From Schaalia meyeri (GTDB lineage Bacteria; Actinomycetota; Actinomycetes; Actinomycetales; Actinomycetaceae), in assembly GCF_900105015.1 (NCBI RefSeq), contig NZ_FNLK01000001.1, positions 12,448-44,447 of the forward strand: 32,000 nucleotides of DNA, written 5' to 3'. The notes below the pieces were generated by a model, which was not told where the DNA came from, made no database searches, and saw only the letters and a list, made by a program, of their open reading frames with translations. The position numbers were made by a program, and so were the translations under genes. Within the stretch, counting starts at the first letter, position 1. Every line of letters starts with the position of its first letter. This document shows, piece by piece, positions 16,343 to 24,972 of the stretch.

Positions 16343-17907
16343 TAGTCCTCTCCCCTCTCGCTTGCGGCGGTCGGCCTCGGCTGCGCCTTGGTGTCGTCCC
16401 TCGACCCGGCCGGTGAGCCCTCTTCGGACAGCAGCCGGGTCAGCTCCGCCTCGGTGAGGGAATCGGGATTGATCGCCTCGCTGAGTTCTCCGGCGCGCAT
16501 GATGGCGATCGTCGAGCAGTTGGTGAGTACCTCGGCGATGTCGTCGGAGATTATGACGATCGCCATGCCCTGCCCCGCGAGTTCCCGCAGGATGGAATGG
16601 ATCGTGTATTTACTTCCGATGTCGACACCGACCGTGGGGCCGTTGAGGATGAGGACGGAGGGGCTGATGGCGAGCCACTTGGCCAGGACGACCTTCTGCT
16701 GATTGCCGCCCGACAATGTGTTGACGGCGCCCGCGGGGTCGGGGGTAACGACGCCAAGCCGCTCGACCCACTTCTTTTCTTCTGCCCGTATTGCTACCTT
16801 GTCGACGAAGCCCAGGGCACGCGTGAAGGCATCTATCTCGGAGATCGTGATGTTTTCACCGATGGACCGGGAAAGGAAGAGCCCTTCGGTCAGCCGGTCC
16901 TCGGGAACGTAGGCAATGCCGGCGTCGATGGCGTCGCGCACGCCCCGCAGGGTGACATCCTTACCTTTGACGGTGATGCGCCCGGAGTCGAGGGGGATCA
17001 TTCCAAAGAGGGACATGGCCAATTCGGTGCGACCGGATCCCAGCAGGCCCGTGATTCCCAGGATTTCGCCGGGGCGGACGGTGAGGGAAGCGTCGGTGAA
17101 GGCGCCGCCCACGGTGGCTCCGCGAACCTGGAGGATCGGCTCCTGGTCAATGTAGCCTCTCCGGTAGCGTTCATCGTCGAAGTCGCGCCCTGTCATGTGG
17201 CGGGCGAAGCTGGCACGGTCGAGGTCTTCCTTGGGGCAGGTGATGACCCTGTGTCCGCTGCGCAGGATCGTGAAGCGCTCGGCGATCTCGAAAACCTCCT
17301 CAAGCTTGTGGGACACGAAGAGGATCGCGATCCCCCGCGAGCGCAGATCCAGGATGATGTCGAAGAGGGCGCGCACCTCCTTTTTGGTGAGCGCGGTCGT
17401 GGGTTCGTCCATGATGATGAGCTTCGCGTCTCCCATGAGTGCGCGGCTGATGGCGACCAGCTGCTTGTCGGCGACGGAGAGGTTGCCGACGAGCTCGTCA
17501 AGGTCGACGCTGAAGCCGATCTTGGCCACGGCCTCGCGCGCGATATCGCGCATGTGCGAGCGGTTGACCAGTCGGGAACCTGCGGCGACTTCGCTGCCGA
17601 GCGCGATGTTTTCCATGACGGAAAGGTTGGGGAAGATGGAGAAATCCTGGTAGATGACGCGCACTCCGGCGTCGATCGCGTCGGCGGGGGTCAGGCGCGC
17701 GTACTCGCGTCCCGCGATGGCGACCGTCCCCTCCTCCGGGGTGTGGACGCCGGAGATGACTTTGATGAGGGTGGATTTGCCCGAACCGTTTTCTCCGGCC
17801 AGGCAGTGGATTTCTCCGGGCGCGATCTCCAGGTCGATGTCGACCAGGGCTCGTACGCCCGCGAAGGATTTACTGACGTGTCGCACCGCCAGCACTGGGG
17901 TGTCCAT
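16342..17907 (-). CDS. Sugar ABC transporter ATP-binding protein, tandem NBDs (RbsA/LsrA-like), importer 1
   Basis: 521 aa. NBD1: GENGSGKST, LSVADKQ, LIIMDEPT. NBD2: GLLGSGRTE, LSGGNQQK, but its Walker B reads VLILNGPT. Confidence 0.92.
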   Translation of the reverse strand: MDTPVLAVRHVSKSFAGVRALVDIDLEIAPGEIHCLAGENGSGKSTLIKVISGVHTPEEGTVAIAGREYARLTPADAIDAGVRVIYQDFSIFPNLSVMENIALGSEVAAGSRLVNRSHMRDIAREAVAKIGFSVDLDELVGNLSVADKQLVAISRALMGDAKLIIMDEPTTALTKKEVRALFDIILDLRSRGIAILFVSHKLEEVFEIAERFTILRSGHRVITCPKEDLDRASFARHMTGRDFDDERYRRGYIDQEPILQVRGATVGGAFTDASLTVRPGEILGITGLLGSGRTELAMSLFGMIPLDSGRITVKGKDVTLRGVRDAIDAGIAYVPEDRLTEGLFLSRSIGENITISEIDAFTRALGFVDKVAIRAEEKKWVERLGVVTPDPAGAVNTLSGGNQQKVVLAKWLAISPSVLILNGPTVGVDIGSKYTIHSILRELAGQGMAIVIISDDIAEVLTNCSTIAIMRAGELSEAINPDSLTEAELTRLLSEEGSPAGSRDDTKAQPRPTAASERGED

Positions 17908-17972
17908 GTGGGGTCCTTTTCTTGCTTGCCACCGTTCGGGGCTGCCGGCCGCCTGCGGTGGTGTCGGGGTTA

Positions 17973-18014
17973 CCCGGCCATGGCCTCGTTCGTGGTGACG
18001 AGGCCATGGCCGGG
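17973..18014 (-). other. Intercistronic stem-loop between the SBP and ATPase genes of importer 1
   Basis: Perfect 17-bp stem CCCGGCCATGGCCTCGT / ACGAGGCCATGGCCGGG with an 8-nt loop, in the 128-nt spacer. Confidence 0.55.
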
Positions 18015-18035
18015 TGGCTGTCGGCTGGATTGTGG

Positions 18036-19079
18036 TCAGAAACCGAAGGAGTCAACGTTGTCCTTGGTGATCTGGATCCATCCGTTCCCTTCGAGAACCT
18101 TGGTGGATCCCGGTGAGAAGTGCATGTTCTCGTATCCCTTGACGCCCAGGTTGACGCCGTCGGAAATATTTTCACCGTCGAGGATCTTGGTGGCCAGGGA
18201 CGCCATCGCGTAGCCGGCGTCCGCGGGGTCCCACAGGGTCAGCGAGGCGACCGATCCGTCCTGGAGGATCTGCCTGTTAGCGTTGGGCAGGCCGGTCCCG
18301 GCTGTGAAGACCTTGCCCTTGAGGCCCAGTTCGTCGATGGCGCGGGCGGTGCCGGGCGCATCAAAGGAGGAGGTGCCCAGGATACCCTTGACCTCGGGGT
18401 ACTTCTTGAGGACTTCCTTGGCGGTCTGGTAGGCGGTCTCCGCGTTGTCCTGGGATTCGACGCGGGGCTCGGCCTCCAGCAGCGTCATCTTCGGGTACTT
18501 TTCCTTCTGGTGGGCGACCGCGCCGTCGGCCCACTCGTTGTGGGACGCGTTGGTGACGTGGCCGACCATGGTGGTGTAGACGCCTTCCTCGCCCATGGCC
18601 TGGGCCAGGTTATCCATGATGAACGCGCCGTATTCGCTGTTGTTAAAGGCCTCAATGTCGTACATGGTGTTCTGCTGGGAAGCGCCCTCGTGGGTGACCA
18701 CCGTGATGCCCGCGTCCATGGCCTGCTTGAGGACGGGTTCGATGGCGCCCGGGTCAACCGGGACCACACAGATAGCGTCAACCCCCTGGGCGATGAGGTC
18801 CTGGATGACCTGCGCCTGCATGGTGGCGTCTGTTTCGGCGGGGCCCTTCTGGAATACGTTCATGCCGGTGTCGGCCGCGTACTTTTTCACGCCGGTTTCC
18901 ATGCGGACGAACCAGGGGTTGGTGGCGTCCTTGGGGACGACGGCGATCGTGTGGTTGCCGCCGCGTCCCCCGGACCGGTTGGTCGAGGATTGGGAGGCGT
19001 CCCCTCCCGTGCACGCGCCGAGGGTGAGGGCGAACGCAGATGCGGTGACGAGCGCGGTTGCTGCGAGATTGGGCTTCAT
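18036..19079 (-). CDS. LsrB/RbsB-type periplasmic-binding-protein lipoprotein (sugar ABC substrate-binding protein), importer 1
   Basis: Start moved to ATG 19079 (GAGGAG upstream). Signal peptide with lipobox MKPNLAATALVTASAFALTLGAC. Type I PBP core. C-terminus ..WIQITKDNVDSFGF resembles the LsrB C-terminus (..NKDNIDKYDF). Confidence 0.88.
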   Translation of the reverse strand: MKPNLAATALVTASAFALTLGACTGGDASQSSTNRSGGRGGNHTIAVVPKDATNPWFVRMETGVKKYAADTGMNVFQKGPAETDATMQAQVIQDLIAQGVDAICVVPVDPGAIEPVLKQAMDAGITVVTHEGASQQNTMYDIEAFNNSEYGAFIMDNLAQAMGEEGVYTTMVGHVTNASHNEWADGAVAHQKEKYPKMTLLEAEPRVESQDNAETAYQTAKEVLKKYPEVKGILGTSSFDAPGTARAIDELGLKGKVFTAGTGLPNANRQILQDGSVASLTLWDPADAGYAMASLATKILDGENISDGVNLGVKGYENMHFSPGSTKVLEGNGWIQITKDNVDSFGF

Positions 19080-19305
19080 TGAAGACTCCTCTGGGTATTT
19101 CAACGTCTGTGTTGTGGTTGTTGAGCAGCTGCGTCGCTGCGTTGCAACGTTGCTCCGTCGCGGCTCTGCTGCGATATTGTGTGCCGGGCACTCCCCGTCC
19201 TTGGGGGCGCGGCGGCGTGCCACCATCCTACGCCATAGGCTTGTCGTCTCTTGCCATATGGACGAAATTGGTCCGGATTGCTACCGAACGAACAGTTGTT
19301 AACAA

Positions 19306-19334
19306 AGCATACAGGTTTATCGAAGTGACTTCAA
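19306..19334 (-). promoter_or_regulatory. Candidate promoter of the importer-1 operon
   Basis: On the minus strand: TTGAAG (19334-19329), 17-nt spacer, TATGCT (19311-19306). The palindrome TTGTTAACAA (19296-19305) abuts the -10. Implies a ~220-nt leader. Confidence 0.3.
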
Positions 19335-19411
19335 ACTATTGGGACATGAATGGTCTGAGGAGAAAGGGTCGACGCGACACACTCCTGCGGACTACCACAT
19401 ATAAATACGAT

Positions 19412-19443
19412 GGCTGGAGGCGAACTCTCATTCACCTCCAGCC
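19412..19443 (-). terminator. Terminator after dhaL
   Basis: Perfect 9-bp stem GGCTGGAGG / CCTCCAGCC with a 14-nt loop, ~27 nt after the dhaL stop. On the minus strand it is followed by the U-rich AUCGUAUUUAUAUGUG. Confidence 0.5.
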
Positions 19444-19469
19444 TCGGGTATGGTCACAACGAAGCGGCC

Positions 19470-20162
19470 TCAGAGGTTTTCCACGACGGCCGCCCGAGGC
19501 CCCCTCTCTCCAGTGGCGGCATCTCGCCAGGCCTCAAGGGCGCGCAGGAAGGCCGTCGCTCCGGGATCTTGCAGGCCGATTGACCTGTCCTGCAGCCACG
19601 AGGCTCGCCCACGCTGGGACTGCAGGTCTCGGGTGGCCACGACGACGGCGGCCGAGGACGAGATCGCGCTATCGAGGGCAGCTAACGCAAGGCCGCTATC
19701 CGTTGCCACCTGCGGATTAGCTGAGAGGCTGTCGGCCAGCGAATCGACGGCGGGCACCATCGCGTCAAGGATCGTCTTGTCGCCGACTTGGCTCTTTCCG
19801 CGATGGGAGATCGAGTTCGCGGCCGCACGGATGAACGCCTCGGCTTCCACTGCGGTCACGTCCTCGCATCCTACCCAGACCTTGGAACCCGCGAGCAGGC
19901 CTCCGGCCACCAGCGCCGCCATCGTTGACGGATTCGCATTCGCGAATGCTCTCGCGCAGGTCCGCGCGACGTCGGAGGGGACCGGCTCTGGATCTGTGGG
20001 CATGGCGTCGAGCGCTTCGATCACCGCACGCGCGCCCGCGGAGATCGTGATGCCCAGGTCGCCGTCCCCGAGAACCTGATCGAGGTCACCCAGTTCGTCC
20101 GAGGACTCGATCAGCAGCGACATCGAGGCCTGGATCTGACGTATGAGTCCACGAGATCGCAT
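19470..20162 (-). CDS. dhaL: Dihydroxyacetone-kinase-family L subunit (Dak2 / ADP-binding domain)
   Basis: 230 aa. Motifs: LGDGDLG, VGDKTILDA, SQRGRASW. Confidence 0.85.
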   Translation of the reverse strand: MRSRGLIRQIQASMSLLIESSDELGDLDQVLGDGDLGITISAGARAVIEALDAMPTDPEPVPSDVARTCARAFANANPSTMAALVAGGLLAGSKVWVGCEDVTAVEAEAFIRAAANSISHRGKSQVGDKTILDAMVPAVDSLADSLSANPQVATDSGLALAALDSAISSSAAVVVATRDLQSQRGRASWLQDRSIGLQDPGATAFLRALEAWRDAATGERGPRAAVVENL

Positions 20163-20164
20163 AG

Positions 20165-21166
20165 TTACGCCTCCCTGAAGAACGGGGACTGAGCTGGAGC
20201 ATCCAGGAGCTCAAGGAGACCGTCGTCTACCTTGAGCAGGGAGATCGAGGCTCCGGCCATTTCCAGGGACGTTGCGTACTCACCGACGTAGCGGCGCTCG
20301 ATCACGACCCCGAGGTCCGCAAGACGATGATGCGCGCGCCTATAGAGCAGATACAGCTCCTCCAGCGGCGTCGCTCCGAGGCCATTGACGAGGACCGCGA
20401 CGCGGTCTCCCTCGCTCAAGCCCAGGTCAGGAATGACGGAGTCGAGGATCCTGTCCGCTATCTCGTCGGCGGTTCCGAGAGGACCACGATGGATTCCGGG
20501 TTCGCCGTGAATACCGATGCCGATTTCCATCTCCCCTTCGGGTAGTTCGAAGGACGGGGAACCGGTTGTGGGGAGAATTGTTGGGGAGAGGCCGACGCCC
20601 ATCGTGGCCGTGTTATCGACAACCTTCTGAGCGACGTCAGCAACCTCGTCGAGCGTATCGCCTCGCTCGGCGGCCGCGCCCGCAGCCTTGTATGCAAAGA
20701 AGATACCCGCGACACCTCGACGATCCTTCGCGCGCTCCTTGGGTTGAGAGGCCACGTCGTCACAGCCGAGAACGGTGCGCGTTTCGATTCCGTCAAGTTC
20801 GAGGAGGTCCACGGCCAGGTCAAAGTTGAAGACGTCGCCGCCGTAGTTTCCGTAGAGGAAGAGCACGCCTGCGCCACCATCGACCGCTTTGGCGGCATCC
20901 GCGCACTGCTGGACTGACGGAGAGGAGAAGACGTTGCCGATGGCGACACCGGAGCACAGTCCTTTGCCGACGTAGCCTTTGAAGAGGGGGAGGTGTCCCG
21001 AGCCACCCCCGGTCACGATTCCAACCCTGCCCAGGGTTGGGCTGTCGGCACGGACGAGAACGCGGCGATCGTCGCCGGGTGTCTTGACCTGATCGGGGTG
21101 AGCCAGGAGAATGCCCTCAACCATCTCATCGACGAACTGGCCGGGGTTGTTAATGATCTTCTTCAT
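20165..21166 (-). CDS. dhaK: Dihydroxyacetone-kinase-family K subunit (Dak1 / substrate-binding domain)
   Basis: Start moved to ATG 21166 (MKKIINNPGQFVDEM..., AAAGGAAA upstream). Motifs: GGGSGHLP, FLYGNYGGDV, GIGIHGEPG. Overlaps the upstream permease 3' end by 17 nt. Confidence 0.9.
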   Translation of the reverse strand: MKKIINNPGQFVDEMVEGILLAHPDQVKTPGDDRRVLVRADSPTLGRVGIVTGGGSGHLPLFKGYVGKGLCSGVAIGNVFSSPSVQQCADAAKAVDGGAGVLFLYGNYGGDVFNFDLAVDLLELDGIETRTVLGCDDVASQPKERAKDRRGVAGIFFAYKAAGAAAERGDTLDEVADVAQKVVDNTATMGVGLSPTILPTTGSPSFELPEGEMEIGIGIHGEPGIHRGPLGTADEIADRILDSVIPDLGLSEGDRVAVLVNGLGATPLEELYLLYRRAHHRLADLGVVIERRYVGEYATSLEMAGASISLLKVDDGLLELLDAPAQSPFFREA

Positions 21167-22274
21167 GATCATTTCCTTTCTGTTGAGCCGCTTTCGCCAG
21201 CGACTGCCGAATCTGTGGGCTGAAGGCTGAGGAGAGGCGCGATCGGACGTCTTTCCAATCGATGCAATCAAGGACGAGAACGCCAATAAGGATGACTCCC
21301 TGGGCGATGGAGTATTGGAAGGCGGACAACCTCATCGAGGTGAATCCGCTCTGAACGACTTGGAGCGTCAGGGCCGCCAGGAATACGCCTCCAACGGTGG
21401 CGAAGCCGCCGTTCGGGTTCGTCCCTCCGAGGACGGCGATGACGATGACGAGCAGAACGTAAGAGGCTCCATAGTCGGCCGAGGCCGTGGGGTTTCGGGC
21501 GATGAACACGATTCCCGTCAGCGATCCGAGGAAGCCCGTCAGCAGGTACGAGCTCATCAGGATTCGTGTCGATCGAATGCCGGAGAATCGGGCGGCCGTT
21601 CGGTTCGCTCCCTCGAGCGAGAGCGCCAGACCCAGCGGCGAGCGGGACAGGATGAATCCGATCAACAGCGCGACGAGGCCGAAAACGATGAACAGGAGCG
21701 GGACGCCCGCGACGGCAGTCTTTCCGAAAGCGGTGAGAGATTCGGGAGAACCGTAGAGGGTCTTGCCTCCCGTCCACACGACCGCCAAGCCGTTGAATAT
21801 CTGCATCGTCCCCAGCGTGGCCAGGATCGGGGTGACACCCACGTAAGCAATCAGGAAGCCGTTCACCAGACCGCAGGCGAGGCCGACGGCCAGTCCGATG
21901 AGGATGATGACCAGGCTCCACCGTTCGGCACTCGCGGCACCCCCCAGCACCGACGAGGTGTAGAGCGTCGAGACGGTGATCGCGCACAGGTTGGCGATTG
22001 CAACCAACGATAGGTCGATGCCCCCTGTGACCATGGAGATCATCATCGCAATCGAGAGGATGCCGATCTCTGCGACGGCGAGCAGCATGTTCTGTACGTT
22101 CAGTCCCGTGAGGAAGACACTCGGGGACAGGACTGAGAACAGTGCGATGGCGACGAGCAGAATGAGGACCATTCGGCCGATTGACCTGTCGCGTCGTATC
22201 CGAGACAGCAGAGAAGCGCTCAAACGGTCAATGCGGGAGTTGGTTTCACGAAGTGTAGTGTTCATGGCGCTCAT
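21150..22274 (-). CDS. Sugar ABC transporter permease (CUT2 type), importer 2
   Basis: Start moved to ATG 22274, giving an ATGA overlap with the upstream permease stop. TGGIDLSL and GGTNPNGG blocks. Confidence 0.88.
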   Translation of the reverse strand: MSAMNTTLRETNSRIDRLSASLLSRIRRDRSIGRMVLILLVAIALFSVLSPSVFLTGLNVQNMLLAVAEIGILSIAMMISMVTGGIDLSLVAIANLCAITVSTLYTSSVLGGAASAERWSLVIILIGLAVGLACGLVNGFLIAYVGVTPILATLGTMQIFNGLAVVWTGGKTLYGSPESLTAFGKTAVAGVPLLFIVFGLVALLIGFILSRSPLGLALSLEGANRTAARFSGIRSTRILMSSYLLTGFLGSLTGIVFIARNPTASADYGASYVLLVIVIAVLGGTNPNGGFATVGGVFLAALTLQVVQSGFTSMRLSAFQYSIAQGVILIGVLVLDCIDWKDVRSRLSSAFSPQIRQSLAKAAQQKGNDHEEDH

Positions 22275-23341
22275 CCTTTGACGGCCTGGGGGTCGGCGTT
22301 GCTGTGGTCGGCCTGCGCGTTTTTGCTTCGTAGGAGTCTCGTTCCTCGTTTGGCGGCCAGGGCTTGAATGCCAACGCCGGCGACGAGAAGCAGGCCGACT
22401 GCGGCGCGCTGCCATGCGCTCGGAACGCCGATGAGGATCAGCGAGTTGTTAATCAGCTGCACGAGCAGGACCCCGAGGATGGTTCCCCGGACGGAGCCAC
22501 GCCCTCCGAAGATTGACGCGCCTCCAAGGACGACGGCGGCAATGATGTCGAGTTCGTGTCCGACCAACTCCTGGGGGTTGGCCGAGCGGCCCAGGATCAT
22601 GTAGACCATGCCTGCGGTTGCAGCCAGCGTTCCCGCGATGACGTAGACGCAGATCTGCGTTCTCTTGACGTCGATTCCGGCCCGGTGGGCGGACTCGGTG
22701 TCCCCGCCGATCGCGTAGATGGCCCGGCCGAACATCGTCTTGCTGAGCAGCAGCGCGATGACGATCGCCAGGATGATGGCTGGAATGATCATCGAGTGCA
22801 GCAGCGCGACGCCGGTATCGGTATCGACCGAGACGATATTGGCGGTCGAGGCGGAGGCCATACCCTCGGGTAGTTGGGCGATGTACGTGGAGCCGATGTA
22901 CGCCAGGAGGAAGCCTTGAAAGATGCCCTGGGTGCCAAGGGTGACGATGAGGGTTGGGAGCCGGAATCGGGAGATCAGGTAGCCGTTGAGGAGCCCCAGC
23001 AAGGCTCCGATGATCAGCGCCATCGCGAAGGATCCGAACAGGCCGATGTTGATGCCTCGGCTCAGTTGGAACACGATGGTGGCGTAGGAGGCGAAAGACG
23101 CGATGGCCGCGAAGGAGACGTCAATTCCGCCGGAGATGATGACCAGCAGGACGCCCAGCGCGTAGATCGTCGGGACGATGGAGGAACGCAGAAGGGAGAA
23201 GAGCGTGGAGACCGTGAAGAAGGCAGGGCTAATCACTGACATGACGAGAGCGAGCACCACCAGGACTGTGAGGACGATTCCCTCGCGGTTGGGTCCCCAG
23301 ATCCAACGCAGCACGTTTCGTACGGCGGCGGGAAGGTTCAT
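22271..23341 (-). CDS. Sugar ABC transporter permease (CUT2 type), importer 2
   Basis: 356 aa, polytopic. SGGIDVSF and GGASIFGGRG blocks. Confidence 0.9.
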   Translation of the reverse strand: MNLPAAVRNVLRWIWGPNREGIVLTVLVVLALVMSVISPAFFTVSTLFSLLRSSIVPTIYALGVLLVIISGGIDVSFAAIASFASYATIVFQLSRGINIGLFGSFAMALIIGALLGLLNGYLISRFRLPTLIVTLGTQGIFQGFLLAYIGSTYIAQLPEGMASASTANIVSVDTDTGVALLHSMIIPAIILAIVIALLLSKTMFGRAIYAIGGDTESAHRAGIDVKRTQICVYVIAGTLAATAGMVYMILGRSANPQELVGHELDIIAAVVLGGASIFGGRGSVRGTILGVLLVQLINNSLILIGVPSAWQRAAVGLLLVAGVGIQALAAKRGTRLLRSKNAQADHSNADPQAVKG

Positions 23342-24882
23342 GACACGACCATCTTTCTAATCGTTCGGGTATCGACGTCCGTTCCAGTCAATTCGGCGTC
23401 GATATGACCGCCCTTGGTGATCAACACGCGATGGCAGCAGGAGACGAGTTCCGGGGCGTCGTCAGAGATTATGACGATGGCCATCCCGGCCCTCGCTTGT
23501 TCCCGCAGGATCTCCAGGATTTCGGCCTTTGATCCAACATCGACTCCGACCGTGGGACCGTTGAGGATGAGGACCTTGGGCTTGCGTGCGAGCCACTTGG
23601 CGAGAACAACCCTCTGGGCGTTTCCGCCGGACAGAGAGCGCACGGGGGCGAGAACATCCGGCGCTTTGATCCGGAGGGTCTCGAAGTAGTGCGCGATGGT
23701 CTGTCTAATCCTGTCCTTGCGGAGCGTGTTGAGCTTCGAGGTATGGTGGTCGAGGGACGCAGCGATCACATTATCGGCGATGGACTTGTCGAGAAAGAGT
23801 CCCTCGGTGAGTCGATCCTCTGGGACGTATCCGATGTGGGCACCGATCGCCTGCTTGATGGAGTTGACCTCGACCTGTTCACCGTCGATATACACACGTC
23901 CACTGTCGATCGGGAGAAGGCCGAAGAGCGCCTGCGCTATTTCGGTTCGTCCCGAGCCGAGAAGTCCGGTGATTCCAAGGATTTCTCCTTTCTTCACGGA
24001 AAAGCTGACATCCTCGAAGCCTCCCTTGGAAGTGAGAGCTTCGACCCTCAGGCGTTCATGGGCGTCCAGTTCGAGGGCCGGGACGCGCCTGCTCTGGTCG
24101 AGTTCCTTTCCGGTCATGTAGTGGGTAATTTTCTCCCGGTCGAGTTCCTCGACCGGGGAGTCGATGACGTTGCGCCCGGAGCGCATGATGGTGACGCGCT
24201 GAGAGATCGCCATGACCTCGTCAAGCTTGTGCGACACGAAGATGAGTGCTACCCCCTCGGCGCTGAGCTTCTCAACCACCATGAAGAGTCGAGCAACCTC
24301 CCGTTGGGTCAGGGCGGTTGTTGGCTCGTCCATGATCAAGAGCTTCGCGTTGCCGGCGAGGGCTCGACAGATCGCAGTCAGCTGCTTGTCGGCGACGGAA
24401 AGCTGCTCGACGTAGGCTTCGAGGGGGAGGATGACTCCCAGGCGATCCATGATCATTCGGGCATGCCGCGTCGTGTATGAGCGGCTGTAGAAGCTCTTCT
24501 TGTCGGTCATGGAGGATGTCATCATGATGTTCTCGGCCACGGTGAGGTTGGAGAACAGGGAGAAGTCCTGGTAGATGACCTGAATGCCTGCTTTCATCGC
24601 ACTGAGCGGCGTGAGTGCCGTGATTTCTTGGCCGTCAATTGCGATGGTTCCTGAGTCTGGCCGGTGTACGCCGGAAATTACCTTGATGAGGGTTGATTTC
24701 CCGCAGCCGTTCTCTCCGGCCAGGCACAGGACCTCGCCGGGCCACACAGCCAGGTCGACACTGTCGAGGGCTCGGACGCCGCCAAAGTTTTTGACAATAT
24801 GACGAACCTCTAGGAAGGGGTTCTCGTGCGCGCTCGAGCCTTGTCCGTTGGGGCGCGGTGCTTGTTCCACATTGGTGCGCAT
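23338..24882 (-). CDS. Sugar ABC transporter ATP-binding protein, tandem NBDs, importer 2
   Basis: 514 aa. NBD1: GENGCGKST, LSVADKQ, LLIMDEPT. NBD2: GLLGSGRTE, LSGGNAQR, Walker B VLILNGPT. Clear paralog of 16342..17907. Confidence 0.92.
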   Translation of the reverse strand: MRTNVEQAPRPNGQGSSAHENPFLEVRHIVKNFGGVRALDSVDLAVWPGEVLCLAGENGCGKSTLIKVISGVHRPDSGTIAIDGQEITALTPLSAMKAGIQVIYQDFSLFSNLTVAENIMMTSSMTDKKSFYSRSYTTRHARMIMDRLGVILPLEAYVEQLSVADKQLTAICRALAGNAKLLIMDEPTTALTQREVARLFMVVEKLSAEGVALIFVSHKLDEVMAISQRVTIMRSGRNVIDSPVEELDREKITHYMTGKELDQSRRVPALELDAHERLRVEALTSKGGFEDVSFSVKKGEILGITGLLGSGRTEIAQALFGLLPIDSGRVYIDGEQVEVNSIKQAIGAHIGYVPEDRLTEGLFLDKSIADNVIAASLDHHTSKLNTLRKDRIRQTIAHYFETLRIKAPDVLAPVRSLSGGNAQRVVLAKWLARKPKVLILNGPTVGVDVGSKAEILEILREQARAGMAIVIISDDAPELVSCCHRVLITKGGHIDAELTGTDVDTRTIRKMVVS

Positions 24883-24929
24883 GTGCTCTCCTTCGAGTGT
24901 CGTGTGGACAGCGCTGTCGTGGGACGCGA

Positions 24930-24965
24930 GCCCCGGCCTCGCCTTTCTCGCGCCGAGGCCGGGGC
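24930..24965 (-). other. Intercistronic stem-loop between the SBP and ATPase genes of importer 2
   Basis: Perfect 12-bp stem GCCCCGGCCTCG / CGAGGCCGGGGC with a 12-nt loop, in the 90-nt spacer. Confidence 0.5.
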
Positions 24966-24972
24966 CGCCTCG

